In this document: positions 11,299 to 21,052 of the stretch, one piece after another
Layout of the letters: each line of letters begins with the position of its first letter
Numbering within the stretch: position 1 is the stretch's first letter
Source: Paramoeba atlantica
Lineage: Eukaryota; Protista; Discosea
Length of the DNA stretch: 43,322 bases
Assembly: GCA_977017575.1 (NCBI GenBank)
Contig: CDRNVI010000215.1
Span: forward strand, 1 to 43,322
Direction of reading: 5' to 3'
The notes under the pieces: generated by a model
The model's database searches: none
Seen by the model: only the letters and a program-made list of their open reading frames with translations
Told to the model about the DNA's origin: nothing
Program-made: the position numbers and the translations under genes

Positions 11299-12450
11299 AT
11301 GAGTGAAAAAAGAGGAAAGAGAAAGAGAGGAGGGGAAGAAGGAACAACAGAATTAGAAAGTGAGAAAAAGAGAAAAACCAAAAGAGGAAAGAAAGAGAAA
11401 GAAGATCAAACAACAGATCGTGATGTTGTTGCTGTTGTGATTGAAGATGATGATGGTGATGAAAAAGAAGAAAGAGAAAGAAGAAATGAGGATGTTCTTG
11501 GAAAGAGAGAACAACAAGTGGGACAAAATGAAGGAGAAGAAGAAAGAGAAAGAAAAGAAGAGACGATGAAAAGAAGACTAAAAGAAGAAGAAGAGAAAAA
11601 GAAAGGAGTGATTTGTTGTGATGGTGGTGGTGATTCTTTTCGTGTTGTTTCTTCTTTTCTTTTGAAGAATCCACCTTGTGGAGTGAGTGTGAACAGTGAT
11701 GGGAATATTTTTATTTGTGACTGGGAGTGTGGATTAAAAGTGAGAGATTTTGAAGGAAATGAGATGATTGAATCAACAATTCAGAAAACAATTGATTCAC
11801 TTCATTTGAGACCTGTTGATGTTTCAATTGGATTGAATGATCAAATTGTTGTTATTGATTATGCACAAGATTGTTGTCGAGTTGTAATATTAAACAAAGA
11901 AGGAGAATTGATCAAATCTTTTGGATCAAAAGGTATTCATGCTGGACAGTTTCGTGCTCCAAATAGTGTGGCTGTGGATGAAGAGGGTAGAATTATTGTT
12001 TGTGATACTTTGAATAATCGAATTCATGTGTTTGATAATGATGGATCTTTTCTTCATACTTTTGGTACAAGAGGTATTTATGAAGGTCAATTTGATGGAC
12101 CTTATGGTGTTGGAGTTAATCAAGATGGGAATATTTTTATTTCTGATTATGGACATCATCGGATTCAAGTGTTTGATATTGAAGGGAATTTTATTCGAGG
12201 TTTTGGAACAAGAGGCCTAGGTGATTCTCAGTTCAATTGTCCAAGAGGTGTTGATGTGGATGGGGAAGGTAGAATTGTTGTTTGTGATTCAGACAATGGA
12301 AGAGTGAGTGTGTTTGAGAAAGATGGAACATTTCTTTTTTCATTTGGTAAATATCGCATGCAGCCGACTAGGGTTGTTGTTGATTCATTTGGAACAATTA
12401 TTGTTGCAGATTATAACAAAAAGTCAATTGAATTTTGGAAATCATTTTGA
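11299..12450 (+). CDS. G4: NHL-only paralog (N-terminal basic/acidic region fused directly to NHL propeller), 383 aa, intronless
   Basis: Open ORF reads ...KEEEEKKK|GVICCDGGG...; RING, intron, both B-boxes and coiled coil are absent. Confidence 0.88.
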   Translation: MSEKRGKRKRGGEEGTTELESEKKRKTKRGKKEKEDQTTDRDVVAVVIEDDDGDEKEERERRNEDVLGKREQQVGQNEGEEERERKEETMKRRLKEEEEKKKGVICCDGGGDSFRVVSSFLLKNPPCGVSVNSDGNIFICDWECGLKVRDFEGNEMIESTIQKTIDSLHLRPVDVSIGLNDQIVVIDYAQDCCRVVILNKEGELIKSFGSKGIHAGQFRAPNSVAVDEEGRIIVCDTLNNRIHVFDNDGSFLHTFGTRGIYEGQFDGPYGVGVNQDGNIFISDYGHHRIQVFDIEGNFIRGFGTRGLGDSQFNCPRGVDVDGEGRIVVCDSDNGRVSVFEKDGTFLFSFGKYRMQPTRVVVDSFGTIIVADYNKKSIEFWKSF

Positions 12451-13351
12451 GGAAGGGTTTCATTTTCTTCTTTCTCTTCTTTCTTTTCTTTTTTTTAATC
12501 CCTCCCTTTTCCTTTCCTTTTAGTCTCTGGTAGCACAAAATGTCGAGGGTGTTCTTGTTCCCAATTTTTCTCTTTGATTTTATTCTCCTTCTTTCGAACC
12601 TTTTTTTCGAGATTTCCGCCACGAACCGCTCTTCTTTCTCTCCTCTCCTCCTCTCCTCCGAAAAAAAAACTTCACTGTTTTTCTGTTTTTCTGTTTTCTT
12701 TGTCTTTCTTTCTTTCTCTTTTTTCCTTTTGTTTGCTCTCTCTCTCTCTTGTGTCTTATTTCCCGTTTGTTGAATCTCTTTTTGAATTTTTTTTTGGACA
12801 ACAACCTCTTCCTTTTTTGTTTTCTTTGTTGTTGGTTGTTAAAAAGAAATGATTTTTTTTGTTCCTTCTTCTTTTTTGTTTTGTCTTTGGTTCAATGAAA
12901 ATAATACCCAAATTCAAAAAACAACTTTTTTTTTTCTTTCTTTTTTGTTGTTGGGGAGAGAGAGGAGGAATTCATATTTTGGTTGATTGAATGAGAGAAA
13001 CACAATTTTGGGAAAAAAGAAATTTTAATGAGAAATCGTATTCCACAAAAGGATCAACAATTTGAGACACATCAAAGAAAGAAAAGAAACAAACAAGACC
13101 AAGGGAGAGTGAAGTGAGGAAGAGGAGGAGAAGAGGAGAAAGAAGAGTCATTATATTAGTCTGTGGAGGAAATCTCGGAAAAAAAAGGGTTCAAAAGAAG
13201 GAGAAGAAAATCAACCCCCAACATTTTGTGTTTTGTGCGACCAGAGACTAAAAGGAAAAACACAAAACACACACAACAACAAAGCGCAAAAATGAGAAGA
13301 AGGATAAATATCGAAAAATTGGGAATGAGGATGATTTGGGGGGGAAAGTGA

Positions 13352-13566
13352 GAAGAAAAGATCCATCATTATCAGACACTCGAATTCGATGATTCCATCA
13401 GCAACAATAATTCTACCTTCTTCATCCACATCCACACCATATGGTTCTTTCAACTGACCAACTTTAGAACCACTTGCTCCAAAAGATTTGATCAATTCTC
13501 CTTCTTTGTTTAATATTACAACTCGACAAGAATTTTGGGAACAATCAAGAACAACAATTTGATCAT
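13352..13566 (-). pseudogene. Orphan internal NHL segment (end of blade 2 to blade 3) inside a tail-to-tail spacer, frameshifted
   Basis: Translates DQIVVLDCSQNSCRVVILNKEGELIKSFGASGSKVGQLKEPYGVDVDEEGRIIVAD, then shifts frame to NHRIRVSDNDGSFL; flanked on both sides by spacer sequence. Confidence 0.85.
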
Positions 13567-14123
13567 CAAAACGAAAATTGGAAAAGAAGAACACCTCCGA
13601 CATTTTGTGCTAAAGAGAAGGGAGGGAGGAGAAATCGAATCGAAATCGAAAAAGAAGGTGATTGGAAAAGAAGAAGACCACACCACACCAGAAAACTAAA
13701 AAGAAGGGGAGGGAAAGGGAGGAGAAAAAGAAGGTGTTTAATAAATTGATTCTGAATGAAAAAATAACAAAAATAGTCAAAATGAGAACAATTTTTAAAA
13801 CAACAACAAAAATATTTTTGAAAGAACAAAAGAAAAAAAAACCATTTTTATTGATCTCATCCATAAAAAAAACAAAAAAAATAATTGGAGGCAAAGAAGA
13901 GAGAAAAAGAAAAATAAGAAACTAAAAAATCATTTTTTTTCATTTTTCACAAACAACAACAGCAGAGAAAACACACACCTCAAAAAAACAAGATGAAAAA
14001 TCAAAAATGAAAAAAAAACCAAAAACAGTGAACAACTCTCATTCGTTGGAGGGAAAAGAATAAAAACAGATAAAAAAAACAAAATATCAAAAAAAGAGAA
14101 AAGAAAAAAACCTCCATATCTTT

Positions 14124-16408
14124 TTAAAATGATTTCCAAAATTCAATTGACTTTTTCTCATAATCTGAAACAATAATTGTTCCAAATGAATCAACAACAA
14201 TCCCAATAGGATATTTCATGTGATGTTTACCAAATGAAAAAAGAAATGTTCCATCTTTCTCAAATACACTCACTCTTCCATTTCCTCTATCACAAACAAC
14301 AATTCTACCTTCCCCATCCACATCAACACTTGTTGGATAATCAAATTGAGAATCATGTGAACCTTCTGTTCCAAAAATAAAATTCCCTTCAATATCCATC
14401 ACTTGAATCCGATGATTCCCATAATCAGAAATAACAATATTCCCATCTCTATCAACTACAACCCTGGAAGGTCGATCAAATTGACCTTCTGCAGAACCCT
14501 TTGAACCAAAAGAACGAAGAAAAGATCCATCATTCTCAAACACTTGAATTCGATGATTCCAAGTATCACAAACAATAATTCTACCTTCTTCATCCACATC
14601 CAAACCATTTGAATTATTCAACTGACCATCTTTAGAACCTCTTGATCCAAAAGATTTGATCAATTCTCCTTCTTTGTTTAATATTACAACACGAAAAGAA
14701 TCTTGAGACCAATCAAGAACAACAATTTGATCATTCAATCCAATTGAAACGTCAATAGGTTCCAACTGAAGTGAATCAATTGTTTTCTGAATTGTTGATT
14801 CAATCATCTCATTTCCTTCAAAATCTCTCACTTCCAATCCACCCTCCTCTTCACAAAGAAAAATATTCCCATCACTGTTCACACTCACTCCAGAAGGTTC
14901 ATTCTTCAAAGGAAAAGAAGAAACAAAACGAAAAGAATCACCACCACCACCATCACAACAAATCACTCCTTTCTTTGGTTTGAGTAATCCAGCTTCAGAA
15001 ACAATATCATTTGCAGTTTGAAGAAGAGTTGAAAAAAGTTGATCATCAAAAAAGAGAGAAACATCACAATCAGTTGTTGTTGTTGTTGTTGGTGTGTTGG
15101 ATAAACGAATAATTGAATCTTTTCTGATTCTCAAATCTTCTTTCTCCAATTCTATTTCTTTCTTTTCAATTCTTTTCTTTTCTAATTTCCCTTCTAATTC
15201 TTTCATTTCTTCTTCAATCTTTTTTCTTTTCTTTTCAATCTCAATCAATCTTCTCTTCAATTTATCTCCAATCTTTATAACTTCATTCCTTTTCTCCAAA
15301 ATACTTTCTTCAATCGATTTCACTTTCTCATTATGTTGAACATGAGTTTCAAGAATACAACAAACACAAACAAAAGAAGAACATTCAAAACAATATCCCC
15401 TAATTGTTTCAGATGGGTGTTTTGAACATTCTCTCTTCTTCAAATTCTCCAATCCCATCACTCCCACTCCCATCATCACCCCCTCCTCTTCCTCCAATCT
15501 TCTTCTTCCACCTCCTCCCTCAACACCATCTCTTTCAGATCGTTTGTGATTTCGAGAGAAAATAGAAGAAGTGTGAGATGGATCACAAGAATCACAAATA
15601 AACATCTCACATTTGGAACAATACATTTGAGTTCGTTCTCCACATGTTTCAAAATTCACACATTCTGATTCACCATCTCCTGTTGTTTTGTTTTTCAAAA
15701 AACATGTTTTTCAACTTTAAAAAAAATACCTTTCTCTCAAAAAAAAAGAAAAAAAAAACTTGATTGGTTGGAGAGAGAAATCAAATTTGAAGAAAGAAGA
15801 ACATCAATCGTTTCTGGAATCAAATAATTCATCAAAAGTGTTTCAATGCTTTCACATTCGTTCATTTCTCTACAAACTGGACATTTCACTCCTTTCAAAG
15901 AAGAGGAAGAAGAAGAGGAGGGAGATGATGAAGAAGAGGGAGAAGAAGAAGAAGAGGAAGAGGGAGATGAGGAAGAAGAGGGAGAAGAAGGATTTTGAAG
16001 AAGAAAGAGTTTTTCAAGACAAAGAGAACAAAAAGAATGAGCACAACAAGGTAACAACCTTGGTTCTTTTTCCCAACTCATCAATTCCAAACATATTCCA
16101 CATCCAAATCTTTTCTTTTTCTCTTCTTCTTCCTTTCTTCTTCTTTTCATCATCTCTTCTTCTCTTTCTCTTTCTCCCTCTCCTTCTCCTTCATTTTGTC
16201 CCACTTGTTGTTCTCTCTTTCCAAGAACATCCTCACTTCTTCTTTCTCTTTGTTCTTTTTCATCATCACCATCTTCTTCAATCACAACAACATCAACATC
16301 ATCTTCTTTCTCTTTTTTTCCTCTTTTGGTTTTTCTCTTTTTCTCTGTTTCCAATTCTGTTGTTCCTTGTTCTCCTCCTCTTTTTCTCTTTCCTCTTTTT
16401 TCACTCAT
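14124..16408 (-). CDS. G5: TRIM-NHL-like protein, 734 aa spliced
   Basis: Exons 16408-15760 and 15679-14124 join in frame. It is the only copy with a canonical C-x-H RING (CCAHSFC) and has a 2-codon in-frame deletion in blade 5 (NFIFG). Confidence 0.92.
15680..15759 (-). other. G5 intron (80 nt, phase 1)
   Basis: TCAA|gt...aaaacaacag|GA; splicing restores the frame. Confidence 0.85.
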
Positions 16409-17021
16409 TTTGTTTCCTTAAGGAAAAAGAAATCAATCAACAACATAAAAAAGGAAGAAAATGAAAACAAAAAAAAACAAGAGGGAGAAGTGAAACAATT
16501 CAAAAAAGAACAAAAGAAGAGAATGTGAGGGAAGGAAAAACAATTCAAACCACACATTTTTCAATAAAAAAAAAAAGAAAAAGAAATTAAAGGAAAATGA
16601 AAGAAAAAAAATGAAAAATCAAACCAAACCAACAAAAAGAGAGGACTCCCACCCAAACCCACACAGATTCTCCCACAAAGATAGAGAGAGGAAGAGAGGA
16701 AGAGAGAAGAGGTTCTGATAAAAAAAAATTAGACAAAAAGAAAAAAGAAAAAATGGAAAAACAAAGAAAAGGAAAAAAAAAGAAAATACAAGAGAAGAGA
16801 AAAAAAAAACAAAAGAGGGGAACAAAATGAAGAAGAGAGAAACCAAAACAAAACAAAAGAGATGGAAGAGGTCCAACAAAAACAAACCTAAAAAGAGAAA
16901 GAAAAATGGACACTCAAATCACAGAGGACAGAGAGAAGAGAGAAGAGAGAAGAGAAGAGAGAGGAGAGGGAAAACGAAAAAAGAAAAAGGTTTTGGGTGT
17001 GTTTTTGTGGTTTTTTTTTCA

Positions 17022-17046
17022 GAGGTTTAAAATGTTTTGAATCCTC
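17022..17046 (+). promoter_or_regulatory. Conserved 25-nt hairpin-like element, copy P3
   Basis: One substitution, in the predicted loop. Confidence 0.45.
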
Positions 17047-17626
17047 TTTTCGTACCCTTCCTTTTTTTCTCTCTGTTTTTCTTTCTTTCTTTCTCTTTTT
17101 TCCTTGTTTGCTCTCTCTCTCTCTCTTGTTTTTGGACCTCTTTTTGAATTTTTTTTGGACGACAACCCCTTTTATTTTTGTTTTTCTTCTCTCTTCCCAT
17201 CTTTCTTTTGTTTCTCTTCTTTGCTGAGAGTTTGTTGTTTTGCGCTCCTCTCTCTTTCTCTTTCTCTCTCTCTTAGTGAATTATTCAGGGTTTCTTTGGT
17301 TGTTGTTGTTGTGGGGTGTTGTGGTGGATTGTGATTTAAGGAGGAGTCTCTGGACATTTTCGTTTTCTTCTTCTTCTCCCTCTTCTACTCCTTGTTTTTT
17401 TTTTGGAGATTTTGAGAAAAAGGTTTTGATTTTGATTTTGATTTTTATCTTTGAATCTTCTTTTTTCTTGTTTTTATGTGTGTGTGTGTTTACCAGTTTG
17501 TTCTCTTTTAGTTTGTGTGTGTGTATTGATTCTTGATTGTTCACAGAGATCTTCATTTACTTCCCGTGTTTTTGTTCTCTTTTCAAAAGTCGTTTCTTTT
17601 TTGTTTGTGGGCGGACGTGAAAACAA

Positions 17627-19856
17627 ATGAGTGAAGGAAAAAAAGGAGAGAAAAAGAGAGAAGGAATAGAGATTGTGGAGAGTGAGAATGAGAAAAATAA
17701 GAAAAAAAAAAGAAAAGAAAAGAAAGAAGAACAATCTGATGATGAGGATGAAAGTGATGTTGGAGAAGAACAAGAAATAGAAGATCAAGAACAACAAAGA
17801 AAAGGGAGAGAAGGAGAAGAAAGAGAAAGAGAACAAGAAGAAGAGATGATGAAAAGAAGAAGAAAAGAAGAAGAAGAGAAAAAGAAAAGATTTGAATGTG
17901 GAATATGTTTGGAATTGATGAGTTGGGAAAAAGAACCAAGGTTGTTACCTTGTTGTGATCTTTCTTTTTGTTCTCTTTGTCTCAACAAACTCTTTCTTCT
18001 TCAAAATCCTTCTTCTCCCTCTTCTTCATCATCATCTCCCTCTTCCTCCTCCTCTTCTTCCTCTTCTTCCTCTTTGAAAGGAGTGAAATGTCCAGTTTGT
18101 AGAGAAATGAACGAATGTGAAAGTGTTGAAACACTTTCGATGAATTATTTGATTCCAGAAACGATTGATGTTCTTCTTTCTTCAAATTTGATTTCTTTCT
18201 CCCATCAATCAGGTTTTTTCTCCATTTTTTGAGAGAAAGGCATTTTAAAGTTGAAAAACATGTTTTTTGAAAAACAAAACAACAGGAGATGGTGAATCAG
18301 AATGTGTGAATTTTGAAATGTGTGGAGAACGAACTCGAATGTATTGTTCTGATTGTAAAGTATTCATTTGTGATACTTGTGATCCATCTCACACTTCTTC
18401 TATTTTCTCTCGAAATCACAAACGATTTGAAAGAGATGGTGTTGAGGGAGGAGGTGGAAGAAGAAGATTGGAGGAAGAGGGGGGAGTGATGGTGGGAGTG
18501 GGAGTGGGAGTGATGGGATTGGAGAATTTGAAGAAGAGAGAATGTTCAAAACACCCATCCGAAACAATCAGTGGATATTGTTTTCAATGTTCTTCTTTTG
18601 TTTGTGTTTGTTGTATTCTTCAAACTCATGACCAACACAATGAGAAAGTGAAATCGATTGAAGAAAGTATTTTAGAGAAAAGGAAGGAAGTTGTTAAGAT
18701 TGGAGATAAATTGGAGAGAAGATTGATTTTGATTGAAAAGAAAAGAAAAAGGATTGAAAAAGAAATGAAAGAATTAGAAGGGAAATTAGAAAAGAAAAGA
18801 ATTGAAAAGAAAGAAATAGAATTAGAGAAAGAAGATTTGAGAATCAGAAAAGATTCAATTATTCGTTTATCCAACACACCAACAACAACAACAACAACAA
18901 CTGATTGTGATGTTTCTCTCTTTTTTGATGATCAACTTTTTTCAATTCTTCTTCAAACTGCAAATGATATTGTTTTTGAAGGTGGTGTTGATGGATTACT
19001 CAAACCAAAGAAAGGAGTGATTTGTTGTGATGGTGGTGGTGGTGATTCAATTCGTTTTGTTTCTTCTTTTCCTTTGAAGAATGAACCTTTTGGAGTGAGT
19101 GTGAACAGTGATGGGAATATTTTTATTTGTGAAGATGATGGATTGAAAGTGAGAGATTTTGAAGGAAATGAGATGATTGAATCAACAATTCAGAAAACAA
19201 TTGATTCACTTCATTTGAAACCTGTTGATGTTTCAATTGGATTGAATGATCAAATTGTTGTTCTTGATTGGTCTCGAGAGAGTCGGAGAGTTGTAATATT
19301 AAACAAAGAAGGAGAATTGATCAAATCTTTTGGATCAAAAGGTTCTGAAGATAGTCAGTTTGATGGTCCAAATGGTTTGGATGTGGATGAAGAAGGTAGA
19401 ATTATTGTTTGTGATACTTACAATCATCGAATTCAAGTGTTTGATAGCGATGGATCTTTTCTTCGTTCTTTTGGTTCAAAGGGTTCTGCAGAAGGTCAAT
19501 TTGATCGACCTTCCAGGGTTGTAGTTGATAGAGATGGGAATATTGTTATTTCTGATTATGGGAATCATCGAATTCAAGTGATGGATATTGAAGGGAATTT
19601 TATTCAATGTTTTGGAACAGAAGGTTCACATGATTCTCAATTTGACTATCCAACAAGTGTTGATGTGGATGGGGAAGGTAGAATTTTTGTTTGTGATAGA
19701 GGAAATAGAAGAGTGAGTGTATTTGAGAAAGATGGAACATTTCTTTTTTCATTTGGTAAACATCACATGAAATATCCTGTTGGGATTGTTATTGATTCAT
19801 TTGGAACAATTATTGTTTCAGATTATGACAAAAAGTCAATTGAATTCTGGAAATAA
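17627..19856 (+). CDS. G6: TRIM-NHL-like protein, 718 aa spliced
   Basis: Exons 17627-18212 and 18286-19856 join in frame; all domain motifs present. Confidence 0.92.
18213..18285 (+). other. G6 intron (73 nt, phase 1)
   Basis: TCAG|gt...aaaacaacag|GA; splicing restores the frame. Confidence 0.88.
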
Positions 19857-20723
19857 GAGGAGGTTTTTCTCTTTTTTCTTTTCTTGATTTTGATTTGCTT
19901 TATTTTGTTTGGATCAATTTTTCTTTCTTTCTTTTATTTTTGTTTCCTTTTTTGTTTGAAGAAAATTTAAAAAGAAGAAATTAATATCTTTTTTTCTCCT
20001 CTCTTTTCCCCTTCCTCCCTTTTCTCCTTTTTAGTCTCTGTTGTGGTGCAGTGGTCTTCTTCTTCCCCCCCAAAATGATCATCATTCTTCTTCTTCCAAT
20101 TTTTTATTCGATTTTTTATCCTTCTTCTTCAAAATCAACACTTTTCTTTGATTTTGTTTCTCCTCTCATTTTTGCGTTTTGTGTTTTTTGTGAAAATTCT
20201 CTCTTTTCTCGAGTTTAAATTATTTTTCTTTTTTTGTTTTCTTCAAATTTTGTTGTTGGTTGTTAAAAAAAATGGTCTTTGGTGTTCTCGCTCTGTCATT
20301 TTGGGGAGATTTTTGTTCCTTCTTTTTTGTTCCTTATTCTTTTCTGTTCTTTTTGTTGATTCATCTTTTTTTTTTTGGTTCAATGAAAATAATACCCAAA
20401 CTCAAAACCCAAAAAACAACTTTTTTTTCTTTTTTTTTGTTGTTTGGGGAGAGGGAATTCATATTTTGGTTCATTGGATGAGAGAAACACAATTTTGGGG
20501 AAAAAAGAAATTTAATGAGAAAAACATTTTGAGAAATAGGATCAACAATTTGAGACACATCAAAAAGTGTATCAAAAACAACAAAATTGAGAAATAACAG
20601 AAACAGAGAAAGGGAGAATGAAGTAAGGGAGAGGAGGAGAAAGAAGAGTCATTTTTTATTGGCCTGTGGAGGAAATCGAAAAAAAAAAGGTTCGAAAGAA
20701 GGAGCCAAGAACACCCCTGACAT

Positions 20724-20893
20724 ATGGTAGAGCATGAGCAGAAAGACAATGCACAACATCAATAAAGAACATCTCTCCAACTAGGTTGAACCATTTTGTG
20801 ACACCATTTCGATTGTTTCGAAAGCTAGGCTTCCGATTGTGGGTGATTCGTCACGGCCTGCGATTGAGAAGGCGTAGAGGATTGATTTCCATC
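20724..20893 (-). pseudogene. Exon fragment of a BIG/Sec7-family large ARF guanine-nucleotide exchange factor (C-terminal HDS region)
   Basis: Reads GWKSILYAFSIAGRDESPTIGSLAFETIEMVSQ and, after a 1-nt shift in an A run, WFNLVGEMFFIDVVHCLSAHALPY. This resembles the BIG-family motif recalled from memory (GWKxIFxxFxxAAxD....IVxLAFxT...F.D.V.CL). It is preceded by a pyrimidine tract and cag| acceptor (20896-20894). Confidence 0.72.
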
Positions 20894-21052
20894 CTGGGTT
20901 GGGGGGGGAGAATGAGCAAGAGAGAAGAAAAAAGAAAAGAAAAGAAAAAAGAAAAAGAAAAAAGAAAAGAAAAGAAAGAAAAAGAAAAAGAAAAAAAGAA
21001 AAAAGAAAAAAGAAAAGAAAAAAAAAAAAAAAGAAAAAAACCTCCATCTCTT

